64,000 bases of DNA from the human T2T-CHM13v2.0 reference genome, Homo sapiens: assembly GCF_009914755.1 (NCBI RefSeq), contig NC_060942.1. The stretch is one strand, 5' to 3'. Positions 1-13,732 of this stretch are shown here, in pieces. The notes below the pieces were generated by a model. That model was not told the DNA's origin. It saw only the letters and a program-made list of their open reading frames with translations, and made no database searches. The translations under genes and the position numbers were made by a program. The first letter of the stretch is position 1. Each line of letters begins with the position of its first letter.

Positions 1-469
1 TAAAATTCAATTTGAACTATGTCTGAAGATACGTTGCTGGTGAGCTGAAGAATAGCATAAACTTTTCTTGCTCAAGAGAACATGCAGCCCGGAGGTTTGC
101 TCTACAAACCCCATAAAACACTGATACTGCTTAGAACACACATGGATCCAAGGGCCAGCAAAGTGTGTTTTTATTTTTTATTCCTCTTTCCACATGTCCA
201 CTTGGAGAGTTGATGGTTTTGCCCTGTCTATATACTACCGATTATGTGAACAAATTGCTTCATATCAGTAATCATTTCTAAGTCTGATTCCAGTTTTCTG
301 TGCAGTTAAAAACCATTATTTTAGGACTTTTGTCCTTCCAGTTTCTAAAAATGTAATTCCTTGTGTATCCTTAATAACTATACTAAATTTAAAAATAAAG
401 ATAATGGACATTTTCAAAAGGTTATTATAGCATTCATACAAGTTACATGCATTAAAACTAACATAAATA

Positions 470-640
470 CATAGATGCATATGTGAGTGTATGTACGTAT
501 ATAAATATTTGTATATACATGTCTATACAAATGTTTGTATATATGTGTGTGTGTATATATATTTGAAGTATATATATGTATATATGTATATATATATTTC
601 AAGTATATACATATTTCAAGTATATATATATATTTGAAAA
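470..640. repeat. (TA/TG)-rich low-complexity simple repeat
   Basis: Runs of tatata/tgtgtg with recurring atatttcaagtatata; source of the Y/I/T/H-rich ORF 414-728. Confidence 0.85.
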
Positions 641-1192
641 CTGCAACTTTCAAAACTGCAAAAATGACTTTGGTTATGCCTTTAAGAAGAGGTTGGTTTA
701 ATTTTTTGTGAAAGTGAAATAAGGACATTTTAAAATTTTTGCTCTATTAGAAAATTATTACAACACATCCCCATAATGAATTGAATAGTCAGTACCATAC
801 TAACACCTTCAACATGTAAAACCCAATCCCCGGTAACAGAGTTAAGCATGTATCAATTTTCAAAATATGTTAAACTAGTATTTTTTTTGCACATCAAAAT
901 TTTTCATTTTAACTACAAACTATTTTAATGAGCTCTGGCTATAAATGAAATATCCTGGTACTTAATGTACATCTGACGTCGTGTATATGCAGGCCTCAAA
1001 TCCTTCTATTTAAATAATCATCTGAAGAAATAGTGTGCCAGACAAATAGAAAAACCAGGAACAGGAAGTCCCAAATATAATAAAAACTTGTAGTTTTATA
1101 AGATATCCTAACAGTATATCCCCACAAGTTTGGGTGCTACTTACTTCAAACAAAACAATAGGCATTCCCTCCTATGAGGCATTTCATACTAT

Positions 1193-1335
1193 GACTCATA
1201 GTCACTAAACACTATGTTTAGTGATTAGTCACTAAACACTGTGTTAAGTTTTAGTGATTAGTCAGTAAACACTATGTGTTTAAATTTTGTGTTTAAATAG
1301 TGTGTTTAAACTTTGTGTTTAAATTCACTAAAACA
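1193..1335. repeat. Degenerate fold-back minisatellite (agtcactaaacact / tgtgtttaaa units)
   Basis: agtcactaaacact(a/g)tgt occurs 3 times (one variant), then tgtgtttaaa 4 times. Confidence 0.75.
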
Positions 1336-2855
1336 CAAAAACAAAAATTGCTTTTAAGAAACCACAAAATAGGGTATATATTTTAAAATTTCATTAGAAA
1401 GAAAATGTCACTGGACTTTTTTTGTTTATTGTATTGTTATCAATATATTATCAGCAGTTTATGTATAATGTGTATCCCTAATTAAAAATTTAAGAAACTA
1501 ACTGAAACTCAACTTGACTCTTAAACTTTCTTTAACTTTGAAGCATATTCACATATTCCCATTATTCCAATGAGGATAGATTCATATTAACATTCTAGCC
1601 CATTTTAGTCGTTGTAATGAGCCTAAAATAGCTGCCAGCTTGCAGTGCTGGAATTAATGATAATTAAATGTAACACAAAATGTATTTCCATATTTTGTAT
1701 TGCTCAAATGATTTCATCTCAGATGTAGCATGATTCTTTTTAGAGATGACTACTTCTATTTAATCTCTTTTCCAATTTTAATTTGAATTTCATATTGTTC
1801 CTGACTGTTTAATGAATATTTTGGGAGATGGCCATAGTGTTGTTAATTATACTAAAGACTGAGTATAATTAATTCTTTTGGACCCAAAGTCAGCTAGTTA
1901 ATCGATTTCTGATGAAACTGGAGATTAAGCACAGATAGTTCACCTCTTCCTTCATTCATTTTAATTCTTTTCTCTTTCAATTCAATCAGATTACTTTGGG
2001 AAGTCATTGCTGGCAAATCAATTGTGGAACTGTTTTGGACATTACCCAAGTGTTAATAAATGGGTGCTTTTTTCAGTCAAGTTACCTTGGTATTGATTTC
2101 TGAAAATGAAGAAATTTTAGTTTTAGTTATTGAGAAGTAAAAACTACCATTATCATTTAAAATTCATAGTGAAGTAGTTTATAATTGTCTATTAACAATA
2201 GGCTCATGTAATCACACAGAAGAAAGCTGTTGGCATGGCATTCCTAATAATCCTTAAAAAGTAGAGACAAAGGTTTACTGTATTTTCAAACACATTTCCT
2301 ACCATGTAGCATGTCCTATAATTGAGTTAGAAACTCATGAGCACAAACTAATTTCTTAAACAGTTTTATGCTTATAGTATTGTCGAAAAATGCAGTAGTG
2401 TGTATGGCAGTTTATTATTTTCAGTGATATACATAATGACACGTTAAATTATAACACCAAAAAAGGCCTTAAAAGTAAAAATAGGCCATGAGAAATAGTA
2501 AATAATGAACTAACATCATTTCTTTTAGTCAACGAACAAAACATAAAGAGGATTCTTCACATTTTTCTTATTACCAGAAATAACTTTTAAGTGTGCTGTG
2601 CAATATTTTAACAATCATATTCTCAGATAATTTTGAACAAAGCACTGAGTTTGGTGCATTATTATTTTACAGTCAATCAATTAATGTTACTTAAGCTTGT
2701 GTCGGTAAAAGTCAAAGCTCCTGCTAATATATTTTCTATACTCTGGAAAAGGGATCACTCTGTATACTTCTATTAACTTTATGATTTGGGATTGTTCCTA
2801 AGAATTCTGGGAAAACCCCAATAACCTTATAATTTAACATTGGTTGTACAGATAC

Positions 2856-3243
2856 TGCTTAGTCTGCTTTTGCATCTATGACAGAATACCACAGACTAGA
2901 TAATTTATAAAGAAACATATCTCACAGTTCTGGAAGCTGGGAAGTTCAAGATCAAGGTGCCAGCCAGTCTGGTATCTGGTGAGGGCCAGCTCTCTACTTC
3001 CAAGATGGCATCCTGAATGCTGCATTCTCTGGAGAAGAGAAACACTGTTCCTCACATGACAGAAGACCCTGAAGGGCAAGCCCCTCCTGCAGGCTCTATT
3101 GATAGCAGCATTGATTCATTCATGAAGGCAGACCCCTCATGACCTAAACACCTCCCATTAGGCTCACCCTCCCAACACTGTTGCATTGACAATTAAGTTT
3201 AGAAATGAATTTAGAAGAAAACAAAAACATTGAAACCATAGTG
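2856..3243 (-). mobile_element. ERVL-MaLR LTR, MSTC-like
   Basis: Motifs cacagttctggaagctgggaagttcaagatcaaggtgccagc, cttccaagatggc, cctcatgacctaaacacctcccattaggc, terminus aaaccatag. Confidence 0.85.
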
Positions 3244-3327
3244 GATAAAATCCTTCCTAATCTGACCAATGAACGTGTAATTGTACTGTTGATTTTACTG
3301 ACGAAGGTACCACATTGGCAAGTCTAT

Positions 3328-4361
3328 AACTCATGCACTGCATAATGACATTTCGGTCAATGATGGACAGATATTAACAGTGGCTCTGTAAGATTATAAT
3401 GGAGATGAACATTTTCTATCACCTAGAATTTACCACACTGTAACTTTATTATTATTTAAGTGTTTTCTTCTTCTATTTATAAAACATGATAACTATGAAA
3501 CAACCTCAGGTAGGTCCTTCAGGAGGTATCCCAGAAGAAGGCATTGTTTTCATAGGATCACAGTTCCATGCATGTTATTACCAGTGAAAACCTTCCAGTG
3601 GGACAAGATATGAAGCTGGAAGACAGTGAAATTGAGTGAAATTGATGATCTTGACACTGTGTAGGCTTAGGCTAATGTATGGCTATGTGTCTTAGGTTTC
3701 AACAAAAAAGTTTAAAAAGTTAAAATTATTTAAGAAAGGAAAAATCTTATAGAATAAGAAAAAAATTAAAAAGTATCTCATACAGATGTAAAATATGTTC
3801 ATGTTTTAAACTGTTATTAAAAAAGAGTAGAAACATTTAAAGATGTTAAAAAGTTTGTAAAGTAAAAAAAGTTATAGTAAGCCATGTTTAATTTATTATT
3901 GAAGAAATAAATAGTTTCAATAAATTTAGTGTAGCCTGAGCGTACTGTGTTTATAAAGCATACAGTACTGGCACAGTAATGTCCTAGACCTTCACAGTCA
4001 CTTCCTACTCACCCAGAGCAACTTCCATTTCTGCAAGATTCATTCACGGAAAGTGTCCTATAAGTTGTATTGTTAAAAAATCTTTATACTACATTTTTAC
4101 TGTCTCTTTTATCTGTTTAGATACGTTCAGATACAAAAATACTTATCATTTTGTTACAATCTCCTACAGTACTCACTATAATAATATGCTATATGGGTTT
4201 GTAGTGTAGGAGCAATAGGCTAGACCATATACCTTAGGGAAAATAGTAGGTTGTAACATCTAGATTTGTGTAAGTACCTTCTGTGCTGTTCACACAATGA
4301 CAAAATCGCCTCACAATGCATTTCTCAGAATGTATTCTCATAATTAAGCAAGGAATCATTG
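3328..4361 (+). mobile_element. TcMar-Tigger DNA transposon, Tigger3b (GOLEM)-like, non-autonomous
   Basis: Left end tcatgcactgcataatgacatttcggtcaatgatggac and right end aaatcgcctcacaatgcatttctcagaatgtat..taagcaaggaatcattg match Tigger3 termini; followed by TA. Confidence 0.88.
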
Positions 4362-5554
4362 TAGTTATATTTCAAGAAACTACTTCAATATGTGTAAGAT
4401 TGATCATCAGGCAGTTTTTCTCTTGAATCAAATCCTTGTAGTTTGAATTTTCACAGCTGCTTATGAATGAGGAAGCATCCCAGTACTCAGCAGATGACAC
4501 CAGACAAGGATGTCTTTCTATTTTTACAACAAAGTGAACCATATTCTAGACATCAAAGAATTTGAGAAAAAAGAATGTGTGATGTAATTTTATTGTGTAA
4601 TGTCATATTTAAAAAGTAAACCAACATTAATCTTCTCATTATAATTAAAAAAGTTTAAATGAGATTTGATTTGCTTGAGTACAATCAAACGGTTTAAAGT
4701 GCAAATCTTATCTCTATTTGCTTTTTAACATGCCCTTTGCTTTCCTATGTGTAATATTATAACATGACTAAAGTAGTCGTAATTATGTTCCTGCTTTTTT
4801 CAGGTGATTATAACTTGGTTTTCTGAGATAGTTCGTATTAACTTATTTTCTGACTTAGAAGCATTTACAACCCTCCCAGTTGCATATCATTTTAGTCATT
4901 GAAATTTGAATTTGTCAACACAGAGCACCAGTTTTGCCAGAAATCTATTATTTGATATTAATAATATCTCAGATGTTTTCCAAAATTTCTACATTTCTTG
5001 CAAAATTATTAGGAGAAAAACAAAAAGTATTTGTAGTTTCTAAAAGCATAAACAAGTTTAACCAGGAAAAAAACAGAGTAATAAAACATGTTTGAGCAGA
5101 TATGATAAATATAATAACCATGGGTGGGAAAAAATGAACATTGAAGCTACCAGTTGACTTATCTAAGATAATTTTCTGTGCAATTTAATGATGTTATAGT
5201 ATATTCTCTAGCAGATCAACATCAAAACCATGTACATTCCATTGCATCTTTCCAGCCAAGTTGTTCTGCACTTTTTCACAACCCTCAATATCACTTGCAG
5301 TTTCTAAAGGACATATAATATCCCCAAATAAACTTTTTCCTTGTATATTCTCTTCACACCCAGTCCATCCTGAGATCCTCAAAACCTTATATGTGTTTGT
5401 CTTTTCTTGGTCGTTTACTCTGTGAAAATTTGGACTTCTACAAACTTAAAAAATCCTTTCTTCCTCAGGGATCCCACAGTAACTTCAAAAAATCCCTATA
5501 CATCCAATATCATATTGTGTTATGATGGTGAGCTTTTACGATGGTTATTTCAAG

Positions 5555-5660
5555 ATTCCATGAATTTCTTAAAGTCGTGATACTGGCTTATTCATCTTTG
5601 TCCCCACTAACCTACTACATTGCTGGTCAGTTAGAATTATGGCATGCTTGTTGAATGAAA
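5555..5660 (+). mobile_element. L2 3' end fragment
   Basis: cttattcatctttgtcccc...tgcttgttgaatgaa resembles the L2 terminus. Confidence 0.5.
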
Positions 5661-6970
5661 AGACTCCTCAAAAGTAAGTTTGAGTTTATCATCTTAAAAA
5701 TGACCATATTATTATTACGATGATTTCATATTTATTTACTGCTAATTCTGTGAAAAGCTTAATAGAATTTCACTGTACTATGTACTTTGGGGAAGCCAAC
5801 ATTCTGGAATCTCATCATATTTGCATCTCTGTATAGGGTTATATTGTTTTTAACTTGGTTCAAGTCATCAGACTGACTTCCAAAAACATCTGGCACAGAA
5901 GATGACCATGATATGTGCAAGGCAAAAGGCTTCCATTCACTTAGGCTGCTTTTACAGCAAACTGTTTATAGCGGTTCTCTTGTAGGCATAACAAGGACAT
6001 AGCAACTTTAACTGAGGACATTACTAAGATGTATTGACCCACATGTGCTAATGTTGGAATTTAAAGGTCAAGAAGCTACAACATTGACACAAAATTATAA
6101 GTTTATGGATTTGCTGCCAGACATAGGGCCATTTTAGAAAGACAGCCCTAATTCCCCAAATTTTCCAGGTACATTCACTCTAAATTGTCTTTCTCTTTCC
6201 AAGATAAAGATAACAATGTTTCATTTTATGCTGCTGTTTTATGAGATTGGAAGACACAAAAATTATCACTGAATGGATTCAGATATTTTTGGACACAGGA
6301 AGGAAATACATTATGAAACTAATGTTGATACAAAAAAGCTCCCAGAAACTGATCATAGTCAATATTCAATACAGTCAGTATATGTATTCAAGTAGATATG
6401 TGCCTATGTATCATGAGGCATGTTGGTCCTTACATGCGGTTGGCTTAGTGTTGCCAAGTGGCTAAATTGACGCATATTCCATCTGTTTTGAAACAAAAGG
6501 ATTTGAGCTTTAATTTTGTGAATATATCAAGGAAGAGATGTGAGCTTAAGGATATTAAAGATATTCACCTTTTATGAGTAAAGTGTAACAAATGACTGGC
6601 ACAAATTATGTGTAGCATTATAAATACTTAATAATACTGCTTAAGAAGAATGATAGATACAGGATGTAGAATTTTATTGTTGTTGTTGTTTGTTCTATGT
6701 CAGGATTCCTCCTTTTGCTCCATTATTTTTCTCTCTTCTTCAGTGTAAATCTTTACCACTTTTAGTTCAGACATTTAGTTCCCTTAAATTTTCAATTCCT
6801 GGCCTCTACCTGAAAAGCTTAATTTTGGATATTATTTTACATGTATGGGATGACATAATCACAATAATTGATAAATTAATTGTAGATTGTTGTTCTCATG
6901 TTTTAAATGGAGAACAGAAAAATGAATACAACATTGCGCTAAAAGTGCCTACAATGCATTCTTGTCTTCA

Positions 6971-7221
6971 CACTTGAGGTCAGGAGTTCGAGACCAGTCT
7001 GGCCAACATGGTGAAACCCTGTCTCTACTAAAAATACAAAAATTAGCTGGGTGGGTGGCGGGTGCCTATAATCCCAGCTACTCAGGAGGCTGAGGCAGGA
7101 GAAATGCTTGAACCTGGGCGGCGGAGGTTGTAGTGAGCTGAGTTTGTGCCACTCTGCTGCACTCCAGCCTGGGTGATAAGAGTGAGCAAGATTCAGTCTC
7201 AGAAAAAAAAAAAAAAAAAAA
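6971..7221 (+). mobile_element. Alu (AluS family), 5'-truncated
   Basis: cacttgaggtcaggagttcgagaccag...ctactaaaaatacaaaaattagc...poly(A) 7203-7221; no TSD seen. Confidence 0.95.
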
Positions 7222-8227
7222 GAAATGTTAGTTTGGTCCTAATATGTTCTAGGTACATTAAAAGAAGAAACAATCTCTTAAGTAGTTCACATTCTAGTGT
7301 AAAAAAATAAACAACTGCATAAATCCTTTTAATATTATACATATTATATGTACTATACTGCTGGGCTAAAAATATAAGGCAGAATAAGTGCTTTTTAAGA
7401 TGTTTTCTTAACCTAATTCAGATTTGGAAGCCAGGAATTACATAGAATGTAATTAAAGGGTTGCTTAAGTAGAAACATTCATTTATCATCTACTCTGTGC
7501 CAAATTATTTGATATGTGTAGGGAATAATTAGTTGAATAAAACCATCTTCCAAATGAGTACATCTATGAGAGAGGTGTACACATTAACAGATATTTTCCA
7601 TTTAAGGTTTTGAGTTTTTGCTAGCATTTGACACTCAGTTCTAAAAAACCAGAAGGGGTACTCATTCAACCAAACTTGCAAAAGGTCTCTTGAAGGATAT
7701 GATATCTGAATTAAAGCTTAAGGCAATTATGCAATTGACATAAAAATAAAGTATGCTACCTTTCAGGTGTTGGAAAATTCACTGCTTATTGAGGATACCT
7801 TCAGACAATTTATAGAAAAGGTTGATGGCTTTTGAGCTAGTTCTCCAATGCTCAAGGAGTTCCAACACTCAGTGCTGTCACTTATATCTGAGGAAGAATA
7901 TTTTATGATAATCTTCCAATAAATAAAACTTAGAACTAAATGCAAAAAGAAATAATTTCTCCACTTTGTCAGATTTTCATGCTCTCCATAAGAAAAAAAA
8001 AAAAGCCATCATGTGTAAGAGCCATTGTATACATGGATTTAGATAAATGATTATGGACAATTTTGTAAAAATAATGAAAAACAGTTGTTAAATAAAGTGG
8101 GGTTATAAAATTTGCATTAAACAACACCTGCCCAATGCACTATAAATCACGAATAACTGGTAGACTGCATTTTGCTTAATTTATGTCAATCAACCTCATT
8201 GAGCACTAGGAATTAAATGCATGTGTG

Positions 8228-8229
<2 letters not shown>

Positions 8230-8269
<40 letters not shown>
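8230..8269. repeat. (TG)20 microsatellite
   Basis: Pure TG run. Confidence 0.97.
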
Positions 8270-8270
<1 letters not shown>

Positions 8271-8821
8271 ATAATTACAATATTATCATCCTAATGTTTA
8301 ATATATTTTAGTGAAATATGATAATTTGAAAGGTAATTTTAATGAATTGGTAGTAAAAATAAAACAATAGAACTATAAGAAGAGTAAAATTAAAAATCTA
8401 AAATTAAACAGTAGAATTAGAGCCATCTGTACTGAATATTAAATAAATATTTTGTTATTTCTACAATTGTATTTACTGTTATGGTACATAGCTATTGGCT
8501 ATGCAAGAAATAACCCAAGAAAAGACTTAGAGATAGAAAATAAGAGTTCTGATAAAAAAACAATGAGTAGAATATTTTGTCTGAAATGTAGTTACTGTAG
8601 ATCTATAAAGAATTATTTGGTAGAAAAGTGACATGACTTAAGTAATTATAATATGTGAGGTTAATTAGGTGAAATATGTACGAGGAAACTGATGCAATAC
8701 ACCAGATTATAGAGAAATAAGAATGAAATTTGAAAATAATAATGGAAACTAACAAACAAACAAACTGAAAAGTACTTTGCCAATGTAAACTACTTAATCC
8801 AGTACAAACATTTTCTCTGTA

Positions 8822-8913
8822 GTTCAGGGACTATATTTTTTTCATTATCATACTCCAAGCACACAATATCTTGCATAGCCCATGGTAAGTACTCAAAATG
8901 TTCATGAAATAAA
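8822..8913 (+). mobile_element. L2 3' end fragment
   Basis: cagggactatatt...catggtaagtactcaaaatgttcatgaaataaat. Confidence 0.4.
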
Positions 8914-9724
8914 TAGTTACGGAGCAAATGCTGTACATAAAAAATAAATCAATGGTTATTTGCTTAACAGAAGAAATGTGATGTACATAATGAATTTGAA
9001 GAAAGAATACACGGGCTAGAGTTAAATATATGCACAGATAGAAGGAGAAAAAAAGACATAAAATAATTTCATGAAAAAGCCTGCAATACTGAAAGAGATT
9101 TGACTAATAGGCTGAGATAATTAGATCTTTTTGACACCATATATTTGCCAAGTCTGTGACTCACCCACATGGAGACACCAAATCAGGAATTTAAGACTAT
9201 AGGGATAGTAAAATGTTCATCAAAGACAAAAGCTAATATGAATTCTTGTAATGTTCTATAAAGAAGTATTCATAATGAAACTTTTCAAATTTAATGGATT
9301 TTGTTTCTGGTGTCTTTTTATAGGTGACTGTATATTAGGACCCATCTTCTTCTCTTATTTTCATACATAGATATACAGCCCTGCTCACTCCAAACATAAG
9401 CAATCTTCCTCAGCCTTCAGCTTTCATGATGCCTCATTTTGATAATAACCAGCCCTTCCAGACTCCGCTGCACGGGAACACTATATTCTTAAATTCTTCT
9501 CCTTTCTAAAACCGTAATGATCTATATAACTCCTATTGCCTTAAAGCCTTTATGATTATGCTTCCTTATTTAGTTATGTCATACAACATCTAAGTAACAA
9601 TTTTAGAAATAGCTTCTTGTGAAAACTTTAGTGGAGATGAGATTAACAGCAGAAGAGAAGTTTCCGTTGTTTTCTTATTTTGTTTTGCTTTACGTGTTTG
9701 GTTTGGTTTATCAAGCTATGAAAT

Positions 9725-10120
9725 CATATATATATGTGTACATATATAGTGTATATATAATATGTGTGAGTGTATATATACTATATATACACGTGCGTAT
9801 ATATAGTATATATACACGTGTGTATATATAGTATATATACACGTGCGTATATATAGTATATATACACGTGCGTATATAGTAGATACATATAGTGTGTGTA
9901 TATATATGTGTATATATAGTATATACATATAGTGTGTGTATATATACACATATATATATACACACACTATATGTATATACTATATATACTATATATACAC
10001 ACACTATATATACACACACTTATACTATATACATACACATATACTATATACTATATACATACACACACTATATATACACACACACACACACACACACATA
10101 CACATACACATACACACACA
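9725..10120. repeat. Complex (TA)n/(CA)n satellite containing a 4x25-bp minisatellite and a 37-bp inverted repeat
   Basis: cacgtg at 9790, 9815, 9840, 9865 (period 25); inverted arms 9910-9946 and 9953-9989. Confidence 0.95.
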
Positions 10121-12411
10121 ATAACCTCACAGACCTCACAGAAATATAAAGAGTGGGACTTGGCTGTGATTATTCATTTCCACTGCCTGGATTTAGGATA
10201 TATCACTTTTATTAGCTTCTTCCAGATAGGATTTACCATTTCTAAAAGAAACATTTACTTTGAAATTGGAATTATCTTTTGCAAAGCCAACCCAACTTTC
10301 ATTTTATTCTGAAAATATTGCTAAAACTAAAATAATCCCTTTGGGTTATTTCCATCCTGCTGTTTTCTTCCCTTTCTTCACTTAATCTTTCTTTTTTTCC
10401 TCAAATAACAAGTATGTGTCTAACAATAGTTGTATAAAAAAATAAAAAACAAGTTTTCTACAGGTCATCTAGTAACATGCAAGAACTCTTACTAAACTTA
10501 ATGCAATTAACGTATGCTAGGTAACCCATTTATCCAGTCATTATGAAGATATGTTATTTTATGTGTTTACTTAACATTTGGATATTGTGAGTGAGGTTAA
10601 TTTGAAAAGGTATCCAGATTCTAAAAATGTTCATGCGATATAATTTCCTATTCAATGTTTTCATATTATAAGGACATTATAAGCGCCTATATGAAATAGA
10701 CATACTTTCTTAATCATGCTATAGTTTTAGCCATGTTCAAAACTGAAAAAAGAACATATTAGAAATGTCCCATTTTTAATTTTTAAGCATTTAAAAGATA
10801 CTCCCCACCATATTATTTAAATAAACTAGGATTTAAAAAAAAAATATTTAATATTTGTCAATAAAGTATTTATTAATTTCCCCCTGGTGACTAGAAAAAA
10901 AAAATCTGACTACAAATTTAAGATAAAAAATTTCAAGGAAGAAAAGAGTTAAAATATTGTATATGTTTTAAATAATAGGGTAATCAGTAGTGACTCATTA
11001 AAAAAAAAATAGCTTTGGTAACAAAAATGTAGGAAAATGCTGAATTGTTAGTTTTTCCTGACACCAGCTTCTCATTTACTGGGTGTTGTTCTTAACACAC
11101 ATTCAGACATCCACAATCACATCATGAAATCGTGCTTACAAACTCAAAATAAAACCCTTAATATTTGCTAGAGTGAGGAAAACTGCAACTTATGTCAAAT
11201 TTCATGTTTTTTGATACATGTGTTCTGTATTCTGTTCTTTTTGGGTGGCTGATAGCACTATTTGAAGGATATATGTTTTTAACTGCCATCACAGCAGTCG
11301 ACATTATGTTCTTCATGGGAGAGATAATGCTCTTATAAAACAGTTTAACTGCAGTCTGCTGCGTTGAACTTCATATCCTTTTTAGTTTGCTTAGTGTAGA
11401 GTATCACTTTGGAGACTTTCCACAAGAAACATGCACATCATTTTCTCTAAAGTATGACAATACTGATTTCAACATTAATTATATTTTCTCTCAAGTTAGA
11501 TGCTCTTAAAGATACTTTGTGTAGCTATCCTTTGACATCAGTGATATTTAAAATCACAGAAAATGTTAAAATTCTAACCCAATAGGAAGAATCTAGTAAT
11601 TTTGCATGTAAATAACAAGCAACAATTAGGATGATTCAGTAATGTTTGTGGTTACAATTTAAATGTAATACTCTACTATGTCATGCAAAACTAATTTCAA
11701 GATATCATTATATTATTTGTAAAAAAAATTATTTGAGATTCAAAGACTTACATCTACGGTTTCAATGAATGTCTTGCTTTATACATTGCACAGTTGTATC
11801 TGAAAAAGAGAACAAAATATATCAGAGTCATGTTAGTAAGTGACAGAGCAGCAGCATTTGGTAAAATTTTTCTAAAAGATTAAGAATAAATGTTTTACTA
11901 TGCGATAAAAATTCATGTATGTCCAAGAGTAGTTAAATTAGGAATTAATAATTTAATATTAAATATATTTTACTGACCCTAATTCTCAAATAAAACTCAT
12001 ATCCAGAAAAAGAAATGATCTGGCATGTAAATTTTAAAAAGTAGTAATTATATTATGTTATAAAGCACAGGTCTCCCCACCTACTTTCAAAATTATAGGC
12101 ACCTGGATAATAGTCCTACTCTGTCGTTCCAACAAAATTTTCTAGGATAAGTTTGATTTAACCATAGAGCTATAACATTACCATAATTAACAATGGTTTG
12201 TTTCTTTAACCTTTCTACCATTATTTTCTATTTCAGTATTAGGTGTGTGTGTGAGTGCAAAAATCTTGTAATAGAATATGGCTCTACAATGATAAATGAA
12301 TTGTGCATGGCCAAAATAACTTAAAAATAAGCATATTGAAAAAGTATTAAATATGTCATCAACAAATGTGATGTGGCTTTATATTGAATGTTAATTTATT
12401 ACCTATATAGG

Positions 12412-12451
12412 TATCCATTCAAATCACCTTATCCATTCAAATCACCTTATC
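12412..12451. repeat. 18-bp perfect tandem duplication
   Basis: tatccattcaaatcacct x2 plus tatc. Confidence 0.9.
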
Positions 12452-13732
12452 GGTATGTTGCTTCCAAAGTGTGAGGCTTATTCTTCTTTGCCAGGTGATA
12501 ACTCTGTCACAGTGAGGGTCATATTGTAATGGCTATAGTGATTTCATTTGCTTTTTCAAAAACATGCTCAGTGCACCAAGCCCTAGTGTTTTCTTACTAC
12601 ATTTTAAATCATGCAGCTACCAGTAGTTTTATCGAGTTTGAAGTGTGTCTTCTGTGAATACAAATGCCATGAGACCAATAATTTTGTTATTTGAAACTAG
12701 GAATTTTATTTCAGAAGAAGGATAAGTGGAGACAAAAATATAGCCTTGTTATTTTGATTTGTGCCCAACTACACTGATAATAAAGTAAAAATAACATTAT
12801 AATAAAAGACTCAAAATTGACTTATTAACAGTGTTAAATCAGTCAGAATCCTGTTTTGATAAATCTTGGTAAAATATAGTAATGTTTAGTTGGCATGATG
12901 TACGCATAATGCCCAGATCTTATTCTGAATTTGAAGATTTAAAGCCAAGTTTTACATGTAGAGATGAATATTAAAATGCAATGGAATAAAAAGTATTACG
13001 ATTGAGCTTTTTCACTAAGACATGAGTATACTAGAATATCACACCATAGCTTTCTAAACTAAGGATTAACCTTCCATGAGAACCATTCTATGGAAAGAAA
13101 GAAAATAATAAAAATTTTAGATGCATACAATGCTACCTAAAGTCCTGTTTTAATTCACATTATCAGGAACTCAGCAGTCCTTTCTGTCATGGCTAATGTA
13201 TCTAGTATTTTATGAAATTGGACAAGGAGCACAATTTGTTGAACTAGAACTCAATATGTCTCACACTATTGAAATAGTACAGTAGTTCACTCATAGAAAC
13301 ATCACTATTATCATTATATATTATGACATTTTAGACAAGGAAAAATACTGCTTTTGTCTCCACAGGTGCAAAGTGCTTTCACTGCAAAAAAAACAAAAAG
13401 GAACAACTGTAGAAGCATATTTTTGCCAATACATTGTTACTTTGTTGTACTAACAGTTTCAATTACAGTTTAAGATAAAAAGCAAGTGCCTATCTTTTCT
13501 CACAGTAAAATGAAGTGTCTTTTAAGAAAGGATTGTGAAACAGAAGCCATTTCAATTTTTTTCTTTTTTCTCTGTTGTTTCTAACAATAAGAAAACATGA
13601 TAAAAATAGAACTATACCATTCTTACCTTCCTGAAATATTACATAACAAAACTGTGTGCTATTTAATGAAAGTATTCAAATATTTATGTGTCTTAGACAT
13701 TATTCTTGCCCATCATAACATTAAATAGAGCA

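Noticed and set aside
9782-9878. Regularly spaced repeats as a possible CRISPR array (also 1193-1335 and 40151-40228)
   Set aside because: Units are directly tandem with no unique spacers; no cas genes; primate context.
414-10312. Y/I/T/H/C-rich ORFs at 414-728 and 9619-10312
   Set aside because: Translations of (TA)/(CA)/(TG) microsatellites that lack stop codons by composition; open on both strands and in several frames.
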